A DNA stretch of 64,000 bases from Phaeosaccion multiseriatum (taxonomy: Eukaryota; Protista; Ochrophyta, other classes), in the NCBI GenBank assembly GCA_965112735.1, contig OZ218953.1:1550001-1614000 (forward strand). The letters run 5' to 3'. The notes below the pieces were generated by a model. The model made no database searches. It was not told where the DNA came from and saw only the letters and a program-made list of their open reading frames with translations. Below, in pieces: positions 46,098-58,313 of this stretch (position 1 is its first letter; each line of letters opens with the position of its first letter). The position numbers and the translations under genes are program-made.

Positions 46098-47232
46098 GGG
46101 GAGGGAGGGAGACTTGCCACCGAGTGCCATCGACTGCACTCGCACCGGCTCTTGCCATACATGTGCTGGTGCTTTCGATTTGGCCCCACAGGTATCAAAC
46201 GATACGAAGAGGGACTGTGGATATACATGTCTCCATATGGCAGTCCATGCCTACTTGGAGAGTAGAGAGCTACTATAGAGCCTTTTGCCGGTGCTTCTTT
46301 CGCAGCAGGCGTACAATAGAGTTTCTCGACGCAAGTGCAGCAGAGTGCGCGTTGATATACGGGGAGGGGAATGGAGAGGAAGGGAGGAGACCGGTGTTGG
46401 GGGCACGTGTGAGACCTTCCAGCTCAGTGTGTGGCACAACTGTGTGAAGGTGGGAAGATTCTCCGCCCTGACAAGTACATTACGGGGATGGGGGGGCATG
46501 TTTATATTTTGGGACAAGAGGCACCGCCTGGGTCTCTAGGACTAAATAGGGAAGGCGGTGGTCTCGGAGGCACGGAGGACAGCGTGGGGTGCATACGCTA
46601 TGGCAGGGAGCGACCCTTCGCCATGGAGAGAAGTACTTTCCTTTGTCCTCCAGCACTACATGTATGGGTGGGTTTGTTTGTGCAAGAGGAGTGGGGTTTT
46701 GGGGGTTTTGTTTAATTCAAGCATCTTCTTGTGTTGCCTCCAAGCAGTAGTCACAGTTGACAAGAACATCCAGACGAAGCGTTTTATACTTGGGACATGT
46801 GTGGTCATTTGCATATCGTACAGTCAGTACTTGCTCGTCATTGGAAGAGAAGATAAAATACAAAAAAAAAAAAAAATGTGGGCTGTGGTTATATAGGAGT
46901 GTTGGAGCCTAGCCTCGAGGGAGCGGTCTGGGCCCTAAAAGTAAAGGTCCAATATACACTTGAAAACTGAACGAAAGGCTCCCTTCCCCTGGCCAGAGAG
47001 TACATGGCTCGAGCAGGTGTAGGTACAGTAGCTAAGCATAGCGTAGCTCAAAATCGTTGATAGGGGCAACCTTTCGCAATCGCGCCGCCCTACGAAATGC
47101 CACAGAGGCACCTTTCCCATCATCAATCATTTTAGTGCCCCACACACCTTCGCCGATAGAGGGATAGATCACGACACAACGCCTCTGAGGGAGGGCGTCC
47201 GTCCGGAGGGGGAGGGTGCAGTCGCGACTGAA

Positions 47233-49437
47233 CTACGCGGCGAAGTTTGCGTTGGCGAACTGTTGTGAGAGGAGGGGAGGAGGGGGAAGCAGCAGTAGAG
47301 TCAGGACAGAAGGGACCGAGGGAAACAAATAAAACAGGATACGAAACCGACACCGAAGAGCGTCAAAACTTGCCACGGTGACTGACTGTCCACAAGCACA
47401 TGCCGCATCAACGGACATGCCCCAACGCTGCTCAAGACCAGAGACTTGCAGAAAGCTCCCTCTCACTCACCTCCCAATTTACGATGTTCCAGAACGCCGC
47501 AATGTAGCCGGGCCTCGAGTTTCGGTAGTCGATGTAGTAGGCGTGCTGTTGTCATCGGAGCGAAGCGCAGAGCCAGAGGAGAGCATATGGGCAAGGAGGA
47601 GGTGGGAGGGGAGGTGGAGAGAAGAGGCGTGACTGGCATGCGGGGGGGAGCATGGATGTGCCGGCAATGAAACAGAAGAGAGAGGCGCCACCTCAGACAA
47701 AGTAAAGCCCGACCAGAGCGATGGCATGCCTCCCTTTCTCGTCCTCCTCTTGACATGTAAGCATCCACTTCTTCCTTCTGAACCATGCGCACGAGAAACT
47801 TCCTTCCTTTTGAGCCATGCGAACGAGAACCCCCCCCCCCCCCCGGGGTTCAGAAAGCCCTTCGCACCCCAAGTGCAGACACTTAGAAAGGGTCTTCGCA
47901 CACCAAGTGCAGACACTCGAAGTCTCTTCCTCTTAAGCCTGCAGCGCACCTCCCACACGTCGCAGGTGAGAATGGGCTTGCCGCAGCCCTCCTTGACGGG
48001 GTTGCTGGCGTCGTGTGTACCTGTTTGATGAGGCACGGCCCAAAGCAAAGCGTTGCAGGATGGTCAGTCAGCAGGAGGCGGGCCCGCATTCACGAACGCA
48101 CCGCCCCGGGAAACAAGTTCAGGCAAAGCTGCTGTTGGAGCTACGATACCCATGGTAAGGCCACCCTCCTGCATTCCTATGTCCTTCCAACCAAGCCGAG
48201 ACCATTGCTTCTCCCTATAACTCTAATTGAATTACTCTGGGTGTTTCCTTTGGCGTTCCGTGGTGACCTCTAGAGTCAAGCTCCATCTACTGTCCCAGGT
48301 GGGGGGGGGCACACGTGTGTCGACTCACCCTCAATCGCCAGCGTTCCATCGTCCTTCTTCACCAGCCTGAAGGGTTCAACCCAACCACAATACAGCAGAG
48401 AGAGAGAGAGAGCTTAGATTACATGTGTCAGTGGAGAGGGGAAGAGTTGGCGTCGCATACATCGTGCAATTCGGAGTAACAACAACAACAGCAACAACAT
48501 CATGAAGAGCTGATGCTCCCTCACCATGCCCAGCCGCTGCCGAAGTGCCCGGCCGCCACTGCTGAGAACTTGGCCTTGAACTCGTCGAAGGAGCCGAAGG
48601 CCGCCTTGATGGCCTCTCCCACTGCCCCGGTGGCCTCTCCCCCTCCTGTGGGGGACAGCGAGTTCCACTGCAAGCCAGGCGAGAGAGAGAGACATATACA
48701 TATTAACTTGCAAGTGAACTACGATTTCAAAAAAGACTAAAGGCGACTCCGACCTCTCGCGGAGCAACCCTCATCCCCCTCCCCTCCGTCTCCCCTTCCC
48801 CCTCTTCCCCTCTGTCCCTCTGCCTCCTTCCTTCTTCACGTACGTAGAAGGTGTGGTTCCACACTTGCGCGGCGTTGTTAAAGGTGCCTGTCGAGCATTG
48901 TCATGGCCACCAGAGACAGTGGCAGAGGAAAGAGACACAAAAATGAGTAAAAAGAAGGGAGATGGGGAAGACCATGCGGCGTCCTTCCCTTCTTCCCTTC
49001 CGACTATAGCCCAACCCGCTGCCCCTTGCTTCAAGTGCACGCACCTCCGGAGGAGGAAAGCATGATCTCGTCAAGGCTCTTGCCCTGCAGCTCCGTATCG
49101 GTGGCAATGGCGGCGTTCAGCTTGGTGACATAGGCGGCGTGGTGCTTGCCGTAGTGGTACTCGATCTGTTTGCACAAGAGTGGGAGGAGGCGCGAGTGCG
49201 TGGGAAACGCGCAAAGAGTAGCGAAGGGGAGGAAAGCAGAGAAGAGGAGGCTACCCTCTTTCTTCCCTCTCCCCTTATTGTGGGAGGATCGTGGAAGCCT
49301 TTCTTGCGGGTTGAAGGTACAAAAAAGCCCCCTCATCGGCATTTCGGCGCCAAACGTACAGTTTCCTCGCTGATGTGCGGGGCCAGAGAGTCCTTGGCCC
49401 AGGGAAGAGCGGGGAGCGTGATGGGAGCTGTGGTCAT
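47233..49437 (-). CDS. Fe-type superoxide dismutase (Fe/Mn-SOD family), 8 short coding exons, largely invisible in the ORF track
   Basis: Spliced product: [39 protein letters not shown]...[21 protein letters not shown]...[16 protein letters not shown]..-[45 protein letters not shown] is the Fe-type signature. Confidence 0.95.
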
Positions 49438-50820
49438 CCTGCAATGTTGTATGTTTTGTTCTTAGCTACCGCCCAAATGAAAAAAAAAAAAAGTGTCCTT
49501 ACGTAACTTTTCTTTTTCCCATGTCCCTCTGCTACCCTCAGTCGTCAAGTCATTGAGCAAGGACAGAGAGGTGAGCGAGGACGCGCGACCCCCCCCCCCC
49601 CCCCGTGGCTCCTGCCGCTTCCCAGTTGCCTGAGCTGGTTTGATTTCTCGCGGCTTTTCCCACGCTTCTTCAGTCCCTCCACCATATCTTCTCCCCCCCC
49701 TCCTACCTGATACTGCCTCCCGTCCTGTGGCTCGGCACAGCGTGCGAGCATGTGCAGCCCTTCTGTCCCTCTTTCCTCCTACCGGCTCGGTCCGCGGCTT
49801 GCCGTTCCTTTGTTGCTGCTTCTGTGTCCACCCACCCACACACGTGCCTCACCCCCTTTTTTTGGGTCTCCTGGCACGAAAAGCGGCACTGCTCACTCAT
49901 GGGGAGCGTGTGGCAACGTCCTTTCCCAATTGAATCTTCTTGTGGGGCACAAGACGCACAGTCACTTTGCAGGGACTTGCCTAATGTCTCACTCTGCCGC
50001 TCTCTCGTCCTTTCTGTTACCCTCGTGCTCCGTCTCCACCACCAACCCGTTCCTTCCCTCCTCCTCCCCAACTCCCCTCCTCGCTCTTGCAGGTGGCAGT
50101 CGCACGCACACGCACGCATTTTGTTGGCAAGGGAGCGGCAGCAGAGGCGTTGAGAGGGGGGTGGACCACACAGAATCTTTGCAGGTAAGAAAAGCTTTTG
50201 TCAAGAACATCTTCACGGGCAGTCGGGCAGGGCTGTCACCTCCTTCATGCACGTGTCCTGGCAAGAGTATGGCTTTGGTTCGTGTGTCGCTCAGCCTTTC
50301 AGGTGTACCGTGTAGGCAGGGGCAAGAGCCCCGGAGAGAGGGTGGGGGGATGGAGAGAGTGTGTGAGCCTTGGGGAGCGTGGGGTTCATGGCCACCAGAC
50401 GCGTCAACATTGGAGGGAAGACTCCATGGAGCAGGGTGGCGCCAAGTGGTGGCGGAAGTGGCATGGAGAAGAATGTAGCTGCTCTCGATGTGTCTGCAAG
50501 TTATCGCACGCTGTCTTACCTCTCTCAAACCCCATGTCCTGCTCATGCACCTTACCCGCGCCACGCAGCGCAGAGGTAGGTGCCTCTGTCGCCACTCACC
50601 GAGGAAGGGGGGAGGGGGAGAGGCGAGCAAAAAAGCCGCCACAGGACGCCACAGCAGGGGCCCCGCGATGCCAGGCTAGGCAGGCCTGAAGATGGCAATG
50701 TACGGCTGCTATCGCTGAGTGGCAGCAGGGCGGGAGGGAGGGCGGGGCCCGAAGTGTAGCGAGGAGGCTTCCCGAGGCGAGGGGAAGGGGAGGGGGCTGA
50801 CGTAAGCTGACGGGAGCATT

Positions 50821-53800
50821 ATGGATGCGGCGCAGCTCAAGACGGTGGAGGACCTGTGCAACCAGCTGTACAACTCCTCCGACAACGCCGCCAGAAACGC
50901 GGCCCAGCAGCAGCTGCTGAGTCTGCAGCAAAACGCAGAGTACATCCCACAGTGCCAGTACATCCTGGACAAGAGTGAAAGGTACGCACACATGATGAGA
51001 TGAGAGAGAGAGAAGGGGAAAAGCAGAAGCAGAGAAAAATCGATGCGGGGCTGGGTCTTAAGCAGATGTCCAGCGAGAAGTAAAGTCGGTGTCTCATTGG
51101 CCTAACTGATGGCCGCCCCCTTTGCCCCCTCTACATTGTCCCTCACCCCGTATCCCTCTCCTCCCCTCGGTCTTGGCTGTGTACACGACACCCTGTCCCT
51201 CCCCACGCACGCACGCACGTACGCACGCACGCGCCACGCGCCTGCGTACTGGGTCTATTCACTCGTCCTTCCCACCCACCCTGCCCACGTGCCCACCCCA
51301 CCCACACTGCCCCACTGCTGCACTCTTCAGTCCGTATGCGCTGCTGCTGGCGGCCAACAGCCTCACCCGCCTCATCTCTTCGCACTGGAACAACTTCACC
51401 GTCTCGCAAAGGGTGGACATCCGGAATTACATTCTTGGGTACCTGGCAAGTGCGGGGCCCAACCTGGACAAGAATGTCGTAACGTCGCTTATTCAGGTGA
51501 GTGGTGTTTGCTGTTGTGTGTCTTGTTGTGGGAGGCGCATTGCTGCACAGGAGGAGGGAGATGACAAGTCTCGCAACGTTCACAGAGTATTGACTCGAAG
51601 GAAGGGGGAGGGGATAAATACGGTGACGTCTTGACTGACAAACAAAATTGCCCAAATGAAGAAAACCTCGAAACAATCTGTCAATCCCCTGACTATCAGT
51701 GATGACAAGTTTCACGAAGAGATTCAGATGGACTCATATGGAAGAGGGAAGGAAGGGGTTGAGGGAGGGAGAAGGAAGAAGACGAGCAGAGGAGCGCGAG
51801 ATGTATGTATCATGTATCATACGACATGATTTCGCTGACTCACTAACTCACTGACTGACTGACTGACTGACTGACTGACTGACCCCATCCCTCCTCCCCT
51901 CCCTCCCTACTCCTTGCCTTACCTGGTCTTTGTCAGCTGCTGTGCCGGATCACCAAACTGGGGTGGTTCGAGGACCCGCAGCACAGGGAGCTCGTGGAGG
52001 AGGTGAAACGCTTCCTGCAGGCCACAGTCAATCACTGCATCATCGGGTTAAGGATACTCTGCCAGGTGCGCGTGGGCGTGGGCGTGGGCGCGTGCGTGGA
52101 TGTAGGCTTGAGCGTGGGCTTGAGTGTGGGCGTGGGTGTGGGCGTCGGCGCTTGGGGGAGAGGAGGAGCGAGAGGGCTCGTTGCAGGGGGAGGAGAAAGA
52201 GGAGGAGGGTGTGGAGACACTTGTCGATGCCTATTGGAGGAGAAGGAGTAAGAGGAGTGGAGAATGAGGCCAGGCCCATGCAAAGATAGTGGGAGCGGAG
52301 AAAGGTTCATGCGGGATGGAAGGGGCCAAAAGCTGCCGTCCAGTCAACCTCACCATCTTGGTGATATCACTCTACCATTCATTGCCTTATTCCATGACCT
52401 TGTTCTCACCAGCTTACTTTACCCTCCTGGCCTCCCTCTCTCTGTCTGTCTGCCTCTCTCTTCTCTCTCTCCCTCTTACTCCCACCCTCTCTCTCTTTCC
52501 CTCCCACCCCCTTTAGCTGGTGGAGGAGGTCAACACGCCCACCACCGGCCGCACCCTTCCCCAGCACCGCAAGACCGCCGTCTCCTTCCGGGATATTTGC
52601 CTGTTCCCCATCTTCCAGATTGCGCTGAACATCATGCAGCAGCTGCACCAGAAGGCCATTTCCAACATGTCGCCAGAACAGGTGCGTCGAAAGGTCGACC
52701 GACACTCGATAGATATCGAGACTCAATCTTCCACGTGCAATCTTCGCTCAACTCCCTCGAGTCCTTCAGCATGGGTTTGTAAGGCTGTGCCCTACTGCAT
52801 TGATAACCGACAGACCGGTCGCCTGATCGAGCGAGTCAGTAGTGGTGGGAGGGGCCAGCACGCACATGCCTGCCCTCCGTTAAGATTGGGGATTGTGGTG
52901 TGGCCATACGCTTCCCCTACACGTGTCGAAACACGCATGGACTACCCCTTCTCTCTGCCCCTTCTGTTCCGTATCCTTTCCCTCACCTCACCCCGACCTC
53001 TTTTCTTCTCCCTGCGGCTTTGTCTGCATCGCCTCCATGCACACACCCCTCTGCGTATCGTATGGTTTTGGCTCTGCTGCCATCTGGTTGGGGGGGGGGG
53101 GCGCACATGTGTGTGTGTGCTGCGTGTGTGTGTGTGTGCGTGTGTGTGTGTCGCAGGAGGTTAAGCTCGGCGAGGCGGCCTTGACGCTCTTCACGCGCTG
53201 TCTGGGTTACGACTTTATCGGCACAAACCCTGATGAGTCCAGCGAGGACGTGGGAACCATCCAGGTAGGGAGGGTGGCCAGAGAGAAGACAGACCAGAGA
53301 GAGGCGTTGGGGTGGGGAGGGGCGGGAAGGAGGGCCGGTAGTGAGAGTGGTAGTCAAGTATAGTGCCATTCATCTTATCTGTAGGGTCGGAATGGAATGA
53401 GTCAATGCGACTTGCTGTCCGCGCTGCCCCCCCCCCCCCCCCCCCCTTCTTCCACCCCGGTCGGTCTCTTCCCTCCCTTGTCCCTTCCTCACTTGTGGGG
53501 CGAGAGTTGTTGTTGGGTCTTTTCGCTCTACATACACGTGCACCACCTGCAGGTGTGCGCAGGCCGTGCACCTGACCTCTGATGGACGCCCTTCCCCGTA
53601 CGCTCGACCCCGCTTTCTCTTTCACTGTTCTCACGTCTGGTCATGAACCCCATCCTCCCCACCCACCGTCCTTCCTACCTTCCTACCTGCCTACCACCTA
53701 CCCAATTACCCTCCCACACGCCCTCCCCACCCTCTACCTACCAATTTACCTACCCACCCACCACCCACCTTCCGGCCCACCTCTACCCCGTATGCACACA

Positions 53801-56800
53801 CGCACGCACACACGCACACACGCACACACGCACGCACGCACAGGTGCCCACCTCGTGGAAAGACGTCATCTCAGACCCCGCCACCATGTCTCTGCTCTTC
53901 TCCTTCTACAAGACCACCACCCCTCCCCGCAGCCAGCTCGCCATGCAGGGCGTGGTGCTCATGTCTTCAGTGAGGCGATCTCTCTTCGCCAAGGAGCACG
54001 GCCGAGCTACCTATCTGCAGCAGCTCATGGACTTCCTGAGGGAGGTGCTGCAGTCTCAGCAGGGGTTGGAGCACCAGGACAACTACCACGAGTTCTGTCG
54101 GCAGGTGGGTGGGTGGGTGGGTGGGTGGGTGGTGGGTGGATCAGAGGGGGAGGGAGGGGGAGGGAGGGGGACGGAAGCATGGCAGAGTCAACCGATCACT
54201 CAAGCGATAATTTAATCAATACCTACCATGTTCCTCACAGCTGGGCCGGCTAAAGGCGAACTACCAACTGACGGAGCTGGTGAAGGTAGAGGGGTATTTG
54301 GAGTGGGTAGAGGTGGCGGCGACGTTCACCGTCACCTCTCTGGAGCAGTGGCGATGGTCTACCAACAGCATACACTACCTGCTTGCCCTTTGGGGGCGTC
54401 TCGTCACGGCGGTGCCGTACGTCCGGCCGGACACGGGGGCGAAGAACCACACGCAGCGGCTGCAGGACTGCGTGATTCGCGTAGTCAAGGCCTATGTGGT
54501 GCACATGGTGGACAGCGTCGATGTAAGTGCTGCCCAAGAAAGGGAGGGTGGGGGGGGGGAGGAAAGGAGAGAGAGGCAGGTTTAGGGTTAGGGATAGGGT
54601 GGGATGGGGTAGGCGGTTCGAGAGAGAGAGCAGCAACAGCAGACGCAGCAGCTCTCAGCCGCTCACCCCCCACCCCCTCCCCCAAACCTCTCTCTCTCTC
54701 TCTCTCACACACACACAAGCACGCACGCACTCATACTTGTTTCCCTGCTGCTCTGTCTGCGGCAATGTGTAGGTGGTGATTGCCAATGAGGGGGGGGTGG
54801 ACGACCCTCTCGAGGACGAGGGCAGCTTGAGGGAGCAGCTGGACAGGCTGCCGGTCATCAGCAGGTGCGTACCTGGTGTCAGTTAGATGTAGGATGTCAG
54901 ACAGTTTAGGGACTCAGTGGGTAGTGAGTCAGTCCGTCCGTCAATGAGGCAGCACTCAGTGATTCATAAGAGCTTGACCCTTTCGCAAGGCCTCCCTTTG
55001 GCAAGGCTACTCCTCATCCTCCCTTTACGACTCCGGGACTGTTAACCGTACGTACGTACGTCTCTTTCTCTCTCAGTTTCGGCTGCTGATAACTGCATAT
55101 ACCGGCCTGATAGCTGCTGATAGCTGCTGATACCGGCGCTGATAGCGCTACTCACACATGTGTCCTGTTGGTCCATTGCAACCACCCATTCGATTGTCGT
55201 TTGTCAGGTTCGAGTACACGCACACGGCGCAGTTCATCCTGTCCATCTTCGACCCCTTACTGGAGCAGTACACGAATATGCTGCAAGCCCTCCAGGTTAG
55301 TAGGCACTTGTTTTCGCCTCCTCGACTGGCAAAGGGGAGAGGGAGAGGGAGGGAGATACAGAGATACAGACGGGGGGAGAGGGAGAGAGAGGGACGAAGA
55401 GAGGGTGAGTATGGCGAAGAGGAAAGATAAGTTTGTGGGTTCTGTGCTCCACAGTATCTATACAATTTCACTCTCTCACTCTGTGGGTGAACCACCTCAC
55501 CCAAATGGTCTCGCCTATCCTGGCCTCTGTCTATGTGCGTCTGAGCCGTCCCTCGTTCCTTCCCCTTGCCCCTCCCTCCCCCCTCCTCCAGTCTCAGCAA
55601 GGCATGCCCCTCAACGGACAAACCGCAATTACGGCCACTCGGCTGGAGCGGAAGCTGACGTGGCTAGTCTACATCGTGGGAGCGATAGTTGGCGGTTACA
55701 GCTGGCAAGACGCTACAGCTAGCGACGGAGTGGAGACTATCGACGCTGGGCTCAGTAGGAGGTGCGTGAAGGCTGAGCAGCAGCGAGGAGGAGGCAGTAA
55801 ATCGTTTGTGGCCGAGGAAGACACACATGAGATGGAGAGGAAAGAAGAGGAAAGGAGAGGAGAGGAAGGGAAACATCGTTTGTCCCCCCTCCGCCCCCCT
55901 CCCACTGTTTGGCTCTCTTTCTCTCACACACGTACCACCCTACTCTCTCTCCCCCTCCCTCTCTTGTCTCCCTCCCTCCCTCCCTCTCTTCTCTCCCTCC
56001 CTCCCTCCCTCCCTCCCTCTCCGTCTCTCCCTGTCTGTCATGCAGGGTGTTTCAATTGGCCCACGCTGTGGAGTACCGGTTGACGGCCACCAACGGACAG
56101 GGCAAGGCAGACGAGTGCCTGGAGTTTGCAATGCTGTACTTCTTCCAGGTACGGCAGGCTATGAGTATGAGTATGAGTATATATATATATAAAGAGAAGA
56201 GCATGAGTATGAGTGTGAGTATGAGTGTGAGTATGAGTGTGAGTATGAGTATGAGGGGTGGAGCCCAAGGGAGGGCGGATGGGCCGGGAAGCGATGTGTG
56301 CTTGAATGCTCTCCACCCCTCTCGTCTTTTGCCTCTTTTTATGTCCGCCTCTTTACGTGTTGCTGCCCGTCTGCCGCCCATCTGCTGCCATCTGCAGACT
56401 TTCAAGCGCATGTACATGTGGGAGCAGCAGGGGCTGGCCTCACAGACCACCCTCATGGTGTTCAGCAGCGTCTCCAAGTCGGACTTCGATAACAGCAACC
56501 CTAAGGCAAAGGTGGGTGCCTGTAGTGTCCAGCGGGCAGAGAGAGAGCAAGGGAGGGGGGGGGGGAGATAAGATAAGAGAGAGAAAGGAATGATGGGCTC
56601 TGAGGCGTACGCTCCTACCCCGTTCTCTCCCTCTATCCCTCCCTCCATCCCACCATTCAGTCCTTCGCGCGCTTCTTCGAGCACATGGGCATGGGCGAGC
56701 ACCGCGCTGTCATCAACACCATCATCGCCAAAATCGGCAACAATCTCAAGGTGTGTGCCTAGGAATTAGGAATGCATTGTTGCTTTGCTTGCTTGCTTGC

Positions 56801-58269
56801 CTGCTTCATTCGCGGACGGGCTCCATCGCCCTCTTGCCCGTCCCCCGCTCTGATCCGCTCCTTGCGTCCCTCCCTCTCCTTCTCTCCCTCCTTCCCTCGC
56901 TCTCTCCTTCCCTCGCTTCCTCCCTCCCTCCCTCTCCTTATTCTATACCATTCTGTTTTGTGCGCTGTACGCAGTACTGGCCCAACAACACGGAGGTGGT
57001 GGGGCGCACCCTGGCGCTGTTCTTCGACCTGGCCTCGGGCTACTCGAGCAGCAAGATGCTCCTCGGCCTCGATACGGTCAAGTACCTGCTCGCCAACCAC
57101 ACGGCGGAGTTCTTCCCCTTCCTCAGGTGAGTGAGTGAGTGAGTGAGTGAGTGAGAGGGAGTTAAGAAGAGGATGAGTGTGGCAAATCGGAGAGGGGCAA
57201 ATCGGAGGAGGAGCAGCTCTTTCTCCCTCTCTGTCTCTCCACAGCCCCCACAGCTCCTCTTGGTGGGATAAGAAGCCCTTCCTCTGCTCGCTGGGTATGG
57301 GTAGCCTTTGAAAGCTAAGGGCCTTGCCTACTTGCCTTCTTGCCTTCTTGCCTGGCCTTGCCGCCTCTCCCCCTCTCTTGACCCACTTTGACCAACAGTG
57401 TGCCAAGTAACACACGGAGTCGCACGACGTTCCACATGACGTTGGCTCGCCTCATCTTCATCAGCTCGCTCGGCAACATGTCCTCCATGTTCGACACCTT
57501 CATCGAACCCCTGCAGTTGGTGCTTCAGCAGCTCGCGGGGGCCCCCTCCTTTCGGGAACAGAGCGTCAAGCAGGTGAGGGTGTGGGGGGAGGAGGAGGAA
57601 GAGGAGGAGGAGGAGGAGGAGGAGGAGGAGGAGAAGGAGGAGGAGGAGGAGAAGGAAAAGGGGCTATGTACCGAGCGGGGGGGGGGGGGGATGAGAGTAG
57701 ACGGGGTGCCCCCACTCCCATGACGACGATGACGATATCACCCACCCCAAACACTCAACTCTCATTGTTCCGCGTCATTCTGTTTGGTGTCGAGTCCTGT
57801 CCTGTTTGTCCGGTGCTGTCGTGCCCTGCGCCTTGCCTTGTCTTGACAACATGGTGACAACCTTGTACATCCCTGTCCACCTCGTACTTTGAACTGTGTG
57901 CTGTTCAGGCGTTGATCGGCGTGTGTAGGGACCTGCGCGGCGTGACGGCGGCAACCAACAACAAGCGGGCCTACCAAGCACTCTTCGAGGCCATCTACCC
58001 GCACCACTTCGCCGTATTTGTGCGGGCCGCGGAGGAGTGCCACGACCTGCCCGAGGTGACCACAGCCCTGCTCAAGTTCCTGCAGGAGTTTGTGTACAAC
58101 AAGGCGCAGCGCCTGGTTTTCGAGCAGTCCTCGCCCAACGGCATCTTGCTGTTTCGGGAGACGAGCAAGATTATCTGTGCCTATGGCTCGAGGCTGCTCA
58201 TGGCGCCGGTGGTCAACGATGTGTACAAGGTGTGTCTGTGTGTTTTGTGTTTGTTCTTGTGTCATGTGT

Positions 58270-58313
<44 letters not shown>

